Assembly (NCBI RefSeq): GCF_000315625.1
Contig: NW_005434612.1
Span: 417,325-481,324 of the forward strand
DNA: 64,000 nucleotides
Source of the DNA: Guillardia theta CCMP2712
Lineage: Eukaryota > Protista > Cryptophyta
Direction of reading: 5' to 3'
Made by a program: the position numbers and the translations under genes. Below are positions 24,580 to 38,605 of the stretch, in pieces. Under the pieces are notes generated by a model. That model was given only the letters and a program-made list of their open reading frames with translations, was not told the DNA's origin and ran no database searches. The first letter of the stretch is position 1. Every line of letters begins with the position of its first letter.

Positions 24580-26076
24580 CCGAGGATAAGCCGCTGCACG
24601 TGCATGCTGTGGAGTACGGGCTGGCGGGGACGATGGACGGGATCCGGTCAGGCATTGGGCAGGGAGTAGGAAGTGAACTAGCTCGAGCTGTTACCTCAGC
24701 AATGCAGCATGGCGGACACGTGGGACAACTCGCCTTCATCCATGCGGTGTCCGCCTGGAGAGGCCGCCAGGTCCTTACCCCCTCCTTCTCCCTCCCTCTC
24801 CTTCTCCTCCTTTCCTTTTTCCTCCCTCCTCCTGCATCTTCTCTTCATCGCCTCTCGATCTGCATCCTCTTTGTCCGCCCTCCCTCTTGCAACTTCGTCC
24901 TCACGCAGCCTCCAGCGGCGTTCACAATGCCCAGCGGTGAGGAGCGGTGAGGAGCATGGCGATGCGGCTGCAGGAAGGCGATCCTTCGTCTGCTTCGTGA
25001 CAGCGCCAAACGAGGAGGTGGCGACGAACCTCGCGCGCGAACTTGTCGCGTCAGGATGCGCCGCCTGTGTCAACCAAGTTGGAGGAGTCACGTCGACCTA
25101 CGTGAGAGATGATGAAAAGGAGGAGGGAGGGAGGGAGGGAGGGAGGAGGGGAGGGGAGGGGAGGGGAGGGGAGGGGAGGGGAGGGGGAGGGGAGGGGAGG
25201 GGAGGGGAGGGGAGGGAGGGGAGGGGAGGGNNNNNNNNNNNNNNNNNNNNNNNNNNNNNNNNNNNNNNNNNNNNNNNNNNNNNNNNNNNNNNNNNNNNNN
25301 NNNNNNNNNNNNNNNNNNNNNNNNNNNNNNNNNNNNNNNNNNNNNNNNNNNNNNNNNNNNNNNNNNNNNNNNNNNNNNNNNNNNNNNNNNNNNNNNNNNN
25401 NNNNNNNNNNNGGAAATGTGAGGGGCAGAGAAGACAAAATGAGCAGGAAAACAAAACAACGAAGAGACAGGGAAATGGGAGATCGAAGCGGTACGAAGGT
25501 CGAAGGTCAAAGAATAGTCACCTCGATGATCCCCGCTATCTATTTTGTCTATTTTTTCTCTTGCTGATTTCTGTTGTTGAGACGCTACGGAGGCGAATCC
25601 TATCACCTCGCCGTTGACAGTAAAGAACATGACATCCATTTCAAACACCTAAAATTATGGTCATTCTCAACATAGGGAGGGAGGGAGGGAGGGAGGGAGG
25701 GAGGAGTGGCAGGGTTGACGGCATCGAAGATGTGGGAAGGAAAAATCCAGACGGATTCAGAGGTTCTTCTAATCATCAAGACAGTCGAGGAGAGAATCGC
25801 TGACATTCAGGTGCTCGACTGGAGGAGAAGAGGGAGGAGGAGAAAGAAGCTGATGTGTTGGTTGGGGTCAGGAGAAGATCAAGGAGACTCATCCTCATTC
25901 AGTGCCAGAGTTCATCGCCATGGACATCAGTGCAGGTCGGGTAAAGGAGGGAGCAAGGGATGACAGTGAGGGGAGGGCAGGGGAGGGGAGAGAGGGAGAG
26001 GAGGGGTGAGGCTCACTGATCTCCAGGGCTTCCGGAGTACATGCAGTGGCTGCAGCACACGTGCAAGGTAAAGTGA
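23970..26076 (+). CDS. cutA: CutA1 divalent-cation tolerance protein with long N-terminal extension, multi-exon
   Basis: FVTAPNEEVATNLARELV..AACVNQVGGVTSTY | MWEGKIQTDSEVLLIIKT | HPHSVPEFIA..G | LPEYMQWL. The upstream exons (signal-like MAKLLWLMTMATMAMG, LRLRGG, polyQ) are less certain. Confidence 0.8.
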
Positions 26077-26183
26077 CCAGAAGAAGAACATGATGAGCTG
26101 CTGGTGAAGATAAACAAATAAAAGTTGTCGTCTTGCTCCTCGTCACTTGTCTTCTTCGTCATCGTTGTCTTCATCTATCGTCT

Positions 26184-28925
<2,742 letters not shown>

Positions 28926-29485
28926 GCTCCTATGCCGCTCTCAATGCTCCTTCAACTGCTCTCAACATGCTCTTCCTACCTCCACCCTCGTCCGAAGATC
29001 CGCAAGCTTGCGAGTCGCTTGAGCGGGTTGATGGTCCTCCTTAAAGCTACAAGCAATCAGTCCCTCCCTCTCTCCCCCTCATCCTTTCCTCCCTCATGTG
29101 TCCCTCCCCTCTGTTCCTGTCCCTCCCCCTACTCTCCTCGTCTCCTTCCCTTCCCCCCACTACCCCCCCCGTCCTTTCGCCTTCCCTCGCACTTGCGTGG
29201 TCACGTCCCCTCACCATGGCAGAGCATCGCGAACGTTCGGGGGTGGCGGGAGGCCAGGGAGGGGGTGGGGGTTGAGAGAAGAAGCTGACGCACGAGGAGG
29301 CAGGGGAGAGAGGAGGAGGAGGAGGAGGAGGAGGGAGAGGAGGGTAGCAGACGAGAGAGAGGGAACAGGCGAGCGAGGACGAGGACACAGCTTCATTCAA
29401 TCTTGTGCTACATGTGCTAACATGCCATCTCGGTTCTCCTTTCTCCCTCTACAGCCATCCGCAGCTTGACCTTTGAATCTCCTAC

Positions 29486-30514
29486 TCACTGGGCAGTGAA
29501 CATAGGGGCTCCAGCCGCATCTCCGGCTCCCCACTCAGCTCCACCAGCCTGCGCTCCCCACTCGTGCGCACCAGCACCAGCCCACTCGCCAGCTCCCTGC
29601 AGAGTCGCGTCGTAGCCCGTAGCATTGAATTCAGCAGGAGGAGCCTCGATGGCCTCCTTCTCGTTCTCCGCCTCCTTCTCCGCCTCCTCGGGGTCGCGGT
29701 AGAAGAACATGTCCACCATGATGTCCCACGGCGAGTTGCGCTGGATCACGTTGCGGAGGCGAAGGACCTCACGGGCGAGGAGCCAGTAGAGGAGGCCGAT
29801 GGACTGCAGCAAAGTCAGCGCAGGGGAGGGCAGGGGAAGATCTTCACCTGCTTGCCCTTGTTGTTGGCAGGAACGGCGACGTCGACGAAGCGGAGAGGAG
29901 AGTCGGTGTCGCAGAAGGCAACAGTGGGGATGTTGACGAAGGAGGACTCGTGGAGGGGCTGCGAGTCCGTGCGGGGGTCGGTGATGACGAGGAGGCGGGG
30001 CTCCTGGAACTGCTGCTGGATCTGGTTGGTGAAGGTACCGGGGGTGTAGCGACCAGCCATGTAGTTGGCGCCAGTGTACTGACCGAACTTGAGCACGGCA
30101 CGCTGACCATAAGGACGAGCAGAGATTACGCAAACTGTCAACAAGTCAATGGCGATCTCCTCGACCTCAGCCTCTCCCCCCCGCCTCATCCCCTGTCATC
30201 GCTGCCCTCCCTTTGCTCGTCTCTTGCTCGTCTCTTCTTACCATCAGCGGGGTTCTCGATGGCGACAACAATGCGGGCAGCGAGCATGAGCTTCTCCCAC
30301 GTCTTGGCCAAGTTGATGATGTAAAGACCGTCAGCGCGGCGCTTCCAGATGTACGGCATCATCTTGTTGTCCAAGTTCTTGGTTCCGAGATGAACGTGGG
30401 CGGCGAGCATCTTCGCCCAGTCATCGTCGGTGGCTCGAAGCGCGGGAGGGAGGCTGGTGTTAGACTGCACCATCCACATCAGCTACATGGGAGCGACTTT
30501 CCTGATGCTACCAT
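29486..30514 (-). CDS. RPSA: 40S ribosomal protein SA (uS2), multi-exon; first exon is ATG only
   Basis: [100 protein letters not shown]. Confidence 0.97.
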
Positions 30515-30751
30515 GCATTCTGAACACACGACAATACACATGTAGAGAGAAAAAATATCTTCCTCAAAGAAAAAAACTCCAGGAACGTCCGCAAAAGGGA
30601 AGGATGTTCATGGAAGAAGATAATGCTGAGGAGCACAAGAAGGAATGTAGCCCTCATATAACAGACGGCGCAGAATATATGCAAGAACGCAGCAAAAGGC
30701 ACAGTGGACCGCCTTTTGTGGAGGCTTTGAAGAAGGGAGAAATGAGAAAGT

Positions 30752-30806
30752 ACAGCAGCAGCAGCAGCAGCAGCATTATCATCATCATCATCATCATCAT
30801 CATCAT

Positions 30807-30839
<33 letters not shown>

Positions 30840-30900
30840 TGTCGTCTTCATCATCCTCCTCCTCCACCTCCTCCACCTCCTCCACCTCCTCCACCTCCTC
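30752..30900. repeat. compound (CAG)/(CAT)/(CCTCCA) microsatellite
   Basis: Direct reading. Confidence 0.85.
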
Positions 30901-31388
30901 TCACCATGGCTGCACGCGATGGCGTGGGTGAGAACCGGAGCTGCGCGTGCGACTAAAAAAAACAATTGGGGTCAACAGGATACCCACCCTTAGATCACCC
31001 ATAACCCCTTCATCATGTACAAATTGGACCCCACGATTTGTATGCAGCGCGTGGCCATCAACCTTTGGGACCCCCATTTTTACCCAACAAACCAGAGGGA
31101 TGGGTCAACAGAATTTGCCCACGTCCCCACATAGACCACTGCTGGCCCCACAGGACCAACTCGAACATAGTTCAGTTCCCCGGCCGTTTTCCCCAGCAGC
31201 GGCCCCGAGCCGGGCCGGACTCACCCGGTGACCGTCTGGGCCGCAGGGTCCGACTGGAGGGTTCGGATAGTCTAGTCATGACTCAGTCGGTCAGTTCACG
31301 TTGACTCATGTATTCGACCTTGATGACAAGTATCGTAGTATGACTCCGACTTAGTCTGATCTAAGTCACCTACAGTTCTTCCGAGACT

Positions 31389-32500
31389 TCACGTCCACTC
31401 GTTGCTTTCCTCTTGCTGGCCTCCTTCGACTTGAGCTGCGATCATCTCGTGGTGGAGGTCGATCACCATCACGCAGATGTTGTCGTAGGACCCCAACCTG
31501 TACGCCTCTCTCACCAGCTCTTCGGCGCCATGATCCTTCTCTTCCCACTTCTTCCACACGAATTCGACGGCCTCTTGCGAGCTCATCACGTCCCAGAGCC
31601 CGTCGGTAGCCAGCAGGACGAACCGCTGGGCCTGAGGCTCGCGGGGCTTCACGTGGATCTCGGGCTCGGCGATGACGAACTGCTTCAGCTCAGCGTCGCC
31701 GATGGCGCGAGAGACCGCGAGGTAGCCCATGACGCGAGGGACCCCCAGCTCGACCACAAAGCCTCCAGCAGCCTCAATGCGCGCCTGCTCGTCTGGACGT
31801 CCAGGTTTGTGATCCTCTGTCAGGTCGATAGCTCTCACCTCCCCTCCCATCTCCTCCCCTTCCTCCTCCGCCTTCACCGCCAGCACAGCTCGAGAGTCGC
31901 CCGCATTCGCAGCAATGATGAAGGAGGGAGAGACAGCGACAGTGACGACACAGCAGCCATCGCGGACGCCGAGGGAAATGAAGTCTTGATCGGTCTTGAC
32001 GTACGCCTGCAGCAACAGCTTCACTCCCCTCTCACTCTCTCACTCCAAACTCACCTGCTGGATGGCAGACTGAACTTCAGCGAGAGACGTCTCCTCCTCC
32101 AGCGACGATGCGATATTATGCAGGAGCATCTCCCGCACGTAGAGGCTCCCGCGATAACCGTTGTGCCCGTCGAACACTCCGAAGAGAGACAGGTCTCGCT
32201 TCTTGATCCTCTTCCCTTCCTTGCCTTGCCCTCCTCCCTGCCCCTCCTCCCCCTCCTTCTCTTTCGCCTCCTCTTGCTCGCCGCATCGCACAAGAGCTGC
32301 AAAATTGTCTTCCATGTAGTTGGGCAGCCCCTGCATCATGCAGGCATGCATGGGTCCGTCTTCCTCTCGATGAGTTGTCAGGTGAATCTCGTTGAACGCA
32401 TCGTCTTGTTGAAGCCCTCCAACTTTGGGTGTCTCCTTCTGCGGATCGAGATAGTCGTCTGCCATGAGACTCTCTTGCTCTCCTTCCCCCGACTCCACCT
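31389..32500 (-). CDS. PP2C/PPM protein phosphatase, intron near 32010-32053; start uncertain
   Basis: QGLPNYMED, FGVFDGHNG, ANAGDSRAVL, DHKP..E..RIEAAGG, LAVSRAIGD, LATDGLWDV, GSYDNI. Confidence 0.93.
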
Positions 32501-32717
32501 CCTCCTCCTCCTGCTCTCAAGTTTCGTCACTGCTGGTCGAGCTAGCAGTCAATCCTCACCTCGGCCGAGCTTTGGGTGTTTGAGGCGGCAGGGATGACCT
32601 TGAGGACTCTCCTTCCTGCTCAGCTGTCACGGACCAACAGAGGCAGCAGCTTCAAGGCAGCACGAGGAGCACGAGGAAGATCATCAAGGTAGGGAGGAGG
32701 TGCCAAGGGCAGCAGAT

Positions 32718-35700
32718 TCAACGGGCAGTGTCAAGGTGAAAGAGGGCATCACCGTATCGCTTTTGATTCAGCGCGCGTATAGCCTTGAGACTATCGTGGG
32801 GGTCGACGAAACGGACGAAGCCGTAGCCTTTGAAGGTAGGGGGACTCTTGGAGTGATCGAAGATCAAGCGCGCTTCCTTCACCTCCCCGTACTTTGAGAA
32901 TAACATCTTGAGATCTTCCTGCGCGCGGCAGTCAAACAATTCAATCCAAGTTCCCTGCCCCGTTACCAGTCTCTGAAAGCGCTTGTCGAGCCCTGTGACG
33001 AAGATCTCTTCGCACATCAGCTCTGCCTCCGTCATGTTCGCGAGTGGATCCACTGTGGCAGACTTGAGCTTCTTCCTCCCGCTTGCTACAAGCTCTTCGT
33101 CTTCCTCCTGGTTTGTTTTCTCTCGCTTGTTGGCACTGGAGCTGTTGGAATCCTGAGAGCTTCTCATCCGTAGCTCGTCTTGAGAGTGAGCGAACAGGCA
33201 GTGCTCCATGTATTTACATCTCCCCAGCTTCAGGTAGTTGGCGCACAACTCAGTCTTGTAGTTCCACCGCCTCTTCTTTCCCTGCCCTCCCTCCTCCTCT
33301 TGGTTCTTCGAGTTCTCCGCGTTTTGTCTTTGAAGGTCAACGGCAAGTCCAAAAAGCTCTGAGTTTGGATTGAGGCCCTAGGGAGACATGAGCTACCGAC
33401 GGAAACAAAAGGAGGCACATGGGAGGAGAGTGGAAGAGACGGAAGTGCCAAGGAGAGGAGGGAGGAAAGCGGGTAGAGGCCGACATCGGAGAGGTTACCT
33501 CTTGTTGATTCTGAGGGACGTTGAGCTTCTTGTGTTGCTGCAGTGCGTTGATGAGAGCCTGCCAAGATTTAGATGGGTGAAGAGCACAACAAGGAAAACA
33601 ACTTGCAGCATCTCGGGATCTTTCAGGATGGCACTCAAGTTTTCTGCCGAGCCACCAGCCTCTGGCGTTGGGCTCGCAGCACTGGTTTGCATCTCTTGCT
33701 TCTCCCTGAGTTTCTTCATCTCTACGTCCTGGTTGGCATGGGGCTGCATCTTCTCTATCGCCTCTTGCAGCATGAGGTAGCCCGAATTGTTCCGTTGCAC
33801 CAGGGCAACTGACGTCGCGACCCAGTTCTTCCTCACGAGGTTGTAAGCTGCATCGATCTTCACGATGTCTCCAACCCACAGCCCTTTGATCCCGCACGCA
33901 TCTCGCAGCTCATTCTTAATGTAGATACAATCGTCTGCAAATGAGAAGTTCTTTCCCGAGCTCGTGATGGTACAAGTGTACCCGATCTTGGGTGGCTGAA
34001 GTTGTTCAGGAAAGAATTGACTGACAGTCGACTTCTCGGCTTGTTGCGTCAAGGATGCGGTGACATCCTCCAAGGTCGATGAGTCTTTGACTGCGCAAGA
34101 TGTCTCATTGTCCGGAGGGAGAGGCTGGCTCGTGGGGTCTGGAGAGTACTTTCCCTTGGAAACGCTCAATGCCCGCCAGTTGTTGCTTCCTTTCTTGTGC
34201 GGCTGGCAGATGACTTGCAGCTCGAAGTTTCCCTGACCCTTGAGGATGTTCCACCACCGCTGAACCTCCAGCCATAAATCTTGCGAGAATGTTCGCCGCG
34301 AGATGAAGATATCGGCTTGTCCCGGAGCAGATTCTGAGATGCAGAAGTGTGCGTCCGGGGGATACGAGTCTGACGCCATCACCCTCGCGATCTTGCCCGA
34401 AAAGGTCGAGTTTTCTGGGCCGTTTTCTGCGGCAACTGGACCTGAACCTGTTCGGTCTGTCTGCGTCAAGATGGCTGCCAACTTCGAGGTGTCAAAAGGA
34501 GATCGAAGCTCATCCCTCCCATGCGCAAACGAGCATATCCTCTCGAACTGACAGGTTCCTTTCTGCATGAACTCACGGCACAAGCGAGTCTTGTGGAGAA
34601 GCAAGTGCTTTGGGATTGTCAGAAGAGAATTGGACTTGTCGGCGTCCGTTTGGGCATTGCTATCTGCTTTTTCTGCAGGCACGGTACTCTCGGAGGTTCT
34701 TGCAGCTTCAATATGGTTGGACTTCTGTTTCTCTTCCTGATGGTCTAAGTTTTGATTCCTCATCAAGCCCGGGGCTGGAGAACTTCTTGGAGGAGCAGCA
34801 GCGTGTTGATTGAAGGAGTCTTCTTCCATGGGTGAGTCATACCTCATGTTGCTGCGATGGTCCCAACGGTTATCTGCGGGTTCCTTGTGTAGACGAGGAT
34901 GAAGAGGTCGTCTTGAAGGTGCTTCAGATCCATCGGCCGCGATCTTCTTGTCACTCATCCTTCCTGTAAGTCTTCGAGTCGCTGCTTCTTCTGGTCTCAG
35001 ACTGTAAACGGGAGAATGCGGCCTCATCCTGTCTTTGGACACGACGACTTGTCCCGTCATGAGCATCGCCGACTCGAAGGAAATCGGTTCGCCCGATCGA
35101 TACACCACTTGGCCATCTCTCGAGATGTAGTCTTTGTGATACAAGGATCTCCATCGATCTACTATTCGTTTGAGGTCCGCACTCCCCCCGAGATGGTTCA
35201 GGATAGACAAGCACTTCTGAGCTACCTCACTCTTCAATGCAGCTAGGTTGTTCCTAGAACGATCTTCCGACTTGCTTTTCCTGATGGAGGAGGAGGATAT
35301 TTCCTTTCTGGCAGCATCTCGATGGTATTCGTGTGCCTTTCCCAACTTCCTGGAGTAAGCCCGCGCTTCTGCTATAGACGCGCTTCGCTCGTCGTCATCG
35401 GAATTCCGAGCTCCACCCCTGAGCCGGCACAGGGACATTACTGCATACTCCACATGAGCGCAGGAGAGCTGTGTGCTGCCTCGAGAAGCTTCAAGCCCTT
35501 GAGGCTGCCGCGCGAGTTGTCTGTCTGGGGGAAACGGAAGAGAGGTGAGGATCTTACAACTAGCTGCAGTGATGGCTAAGTTTTCAAGGTGAGACGGACA
35601 CTGATGGTTCTTCGATCCGGCCAAGGCAAGAGTGCACAGCAAGATCAAAACAAAGCTCGTCGAACTTCTATGGACTAGAAATGCTCGTGACCAACTTAGA

Positions 35701-35744
35701 CCTTCACTCCTTGTCATGCCCCTCAGCGACATCAGCTTCACCAT
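32718..35744 (-). CDS. CCCH zinc-finger + RRM RNA-binding protein with signal-peptide-like N-terminus, multi-exon
   Basis: HKTRLCREFMQKGTCQFERICSFAHG and YKTELCANYLKLGRCKYMEHCLFAH (TZF-type CCCH). RRM with IFVTGL (RNP2) and KGYGFVRF (RNP1). Hydrophobic FVLILLCTLALAG near the N-terminus. Confidence 0.8.
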
Positions 35745-36247
35745 CCACTTTCAAACGGATCGAGGATTGTTTCGCCGATGTACAGACACCAGCAGGAGTT
35801 CAGCTGCGGAGATGTTTGTCTCGCGAGCTCATTTTGACGGCCTCCTGTCACTGACCACCCGCAACTCGCGGAGAGCACGAGGGTCGCATCACCTCTCGGC
35901 CATCCACCTGCTGCGCGTTCCAGCTGGTCGGCGTTCAGCTCATCATGCGGGTCTGCCGCATCCTTCGGCCATCATGTTCAGCTCGTCTGCCTCCTGCCTC
36001 CTCGATCTCCTCCTCCTCCGTTCGATCCTCCCCCTCCTCCAAGCTCTCTCCCCCTCGCCATGCCCGCGCCGCCGTTATCGTTGTAACAGGAGAAGGGACG
36101 GGCTCGACAGGGTGAGGGTACCCCTGGTGGGGGTCAATTTGTACCCAGAAAAGTGTTGAGTGAAAGAACATCGCTAGCTGGGATCGGGGGGTGGGGTCAT
36201 GGGCTGTCGTCTGGTCCGCCTCAGACATCGGCACGTGAAGGATGAGA

Positions 36248-37723
36248 ATGGCAAGGAAGGCGAAGAACGCTCGGTCGAAGCGAGCGATGATGGCGCGAGA
36301 GGCGAAGGTGGTGGAGGAAGAGAGAAGCTCCCTCTTCATGCGCGGCACGAGCACCAACGAGCTGATCAACGAGATCCTCAAGGATCTGGTGACATGGTAA
36401 TGATGTGCCTCTGCGAGCCACTGAAAGCCGTGTAGAACGCTCTCAAGCAGCCAAATTCAACCTTCTTCCGACGACGAAACGACAAGCGACCATTTGAGGA
36501 TGAGACTTCGGTCTATTTGTTGCATCGCTGTTGCACAAAAGCCTCACACCGGCTTGTCAGGTTGAGTTTCTCTGCATGAAAAACGAAGCTTCAATTTTTG
36601 GCTTCGGAACACATAGCAAGAAGCGGCCCAACAATTTGATTCTTGGCAGAATGTTTGACTACAAGGTAAGAGCATGAAGATGTTCTGTCCAACTTCTGCT
36701 TACATTAACTTTTAGATCTATGACATGTATGAGTTTGGCTTAACCGAAGTGAAACCCGCCTGCTTGTTTTCAGCCAACTCTGCGCCGTATGTTTGCCGAT
36801 GAGACTGACGGCCAGCACGACATGGTAGAGACTGACGTCACTGGTGCAGGAGCTACCAGAACAAGCCTCTCATTGTCTTCCAGGGTGATGCGTTCGAGAC
36901 AGACACAAAGGTAGGGCTGTTGCCCTTCGCAGCCTGTCTGACTTGAGTTGGCAGCTTGAGGGCCTCAAGAACTTTTTCCTCGACATGTTTGCGCACAAGG
37001 CGATGGACAAAATCAACTTGGGGGGACTGGAGCATGTGATTGTTCTGACAGCCGAGGTTAGCCCTGCCATCCCTTGCTGTGTCGACACTCACTGCAGCTG
37101 CAGGGATCCAAGGTGGCATTCCGGCACTACAGCATTTCGTTCAAGAAGTCAGGCGGACGAGTGCCGAGAGTGGAGTTGGAGGAGCTCGGTAAGCCGCGAG
37201 CTACTCGGCTTTTCGTGACGTGGCTCTAAGGGCCTAGCTTCAACATGGAGCTGCGAAGGGAACGAGAAGCTTCAGCTGATATCAAGAGGGTAGACCTTCT
37301 GCCTCTGCGCGTTGCAACCTCACCGGGGGGACAGGCTGCTTGCAGGGTACCTAAGCAAGTGAAAGCTCAATCCAAGCTCAAGAAGAACTATGAACGTGAG
37401 AACTTGCCTCCTCTTTCTTCCCAGACTGATGGATGAGGCAGGGAACGCGCTCGGGGAGACGATGGGTCGAATTCACATGCAGAAGCAAAGCTTGGACGAA
37501 TTTCAGGTGCCTTGAGCAGAAGCGCCGGAGGTTTCGATCTGACAAGCTGCCTCCACAGACTCGAAAGGTTAAGGCGCTCAAGAGAGGCCGAGATAAAGTT
37601 GTAAGTGGCAAATCAAACCTTGTGGAAACTTGTCCCACTCAATAATGCTGGCAGGTTGAGGCTGAGAGAGCAAAAGAAGAGGCAAAGCGAGCAAAGCGAA
37701 TGGACGATAGTGACGAGGAGTAA
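36248..37723 (+). CDS. RPF2: ribosome production factor 2 (Brix domain), many short introns
   Basis: KAKNARSKRAM..RE.K.VE, RPFEDETS, HSKKRPNNLILGRMFD, KPLIVFQGD.F, LKNFFLDMF, LGGLEHVI, KKSGGRVPRVELEELGPS, GRIHMQKQ. Confidence 0.92.
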
Positions 37724-37935
37724 ATTTTACTTGATGTAACTTGTGAAATAAAGACGAGAAATAAGACGAGACAAGCTGAACCCTCTTCTCATAGGCAAAA
37801 CTTTCATGTTTGAACTTGTTTACCTACAAGTCGGCTCACCCTGGTGCAGTCCACATGGCAACTTCGGTCGCAGTGACCAGGGCACGGCAAATCTCATGAT
37901 GACAATAACAAGTTGAAACCAGCAAAACGAATGGG

Positions 37936-38009
37936 TGGTTCCACCCAGGCTCGAACTGGGGATCTTTCGCGTGTGAGGCGAACGGATTAACCAACTTTCC
38001 CATGGAACC
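37936..38009 (-). tRNA. trnV-CAC: tRNA-Val (anticodon CAC)
   Basis: The reverse complement folds as a cloverleaf: acceptor GGTTCCA/TGGAACC, anticodon arm TTCGC-CTCACAC-GCGAA, T-arm CCCAG-TTCGAGC-CTGGG. A TTTT Pol III terminator follows. Confidence 0.95.
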
Positions 38010-38605
38010 GTTGAACAGACAAGCAAATTGATGATTTATATAGTACTAAATCCCAAGTTGCAGACAGGGGTTTATGGAGGTCAGCTGGGGGTGGGGATGT
38101 GGCTACAATGGTATTGAATGGAAGATGGGTAGGGTACTTATGGGAGATCAAGGTGGTGGGGGTGGTACAGTTGCATGAATATAGGGTCCCTACTGCTATA
38201 TGGGTGGAGGTGGGTGGGTGTTTTTGGAAGGGGTGGGAAAGGGACGAAAGGGCATGAGGTTGAGGCCGCACTGTTTACACGCCTCCTACACGCCTTGATG
38301 AAGGGGTAGGGTAGGTGGAATGGAGGGGTGGTATGAGCGGCAGGGTGGGAGTGGGGTGATCAAAGGTCAGGACGAGGGTAGCGGTGGGGTACATTTGGGG
38401 GACTATGCCGGGATCCGTCCTGCCTCCTTTTGCAAGAGGGGGGGTGGGGTAGTAAGTTGTGGTACTGATAGAACCTATGGAAGCGGAGGAATTGAGGGCT
38501 ACATGGGGGTGGGGGTGGGGATATGTGGGGTGGGGTGATGGATGAAACAGGGTCGTTGGGAGGGTGGGGCTGCAGCGGGGGTCGTGTGGGAAGGAGGCTC
38601 ATCTC

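Noticed and set aside
25051-25648. ORFs spanning the N gap (also at 43.5, 60.4 and 62.0 kb)
   Set aside because: Their lengths are artefacts of untranslatable Ns.
35935-36381. 148-aa minus-strand ORF between the CCCH/RRM gene and RPF2
   Set aside because: Overlaps RPF2 exon 1 in antisense and a likely bidirectional promoter; no domain.
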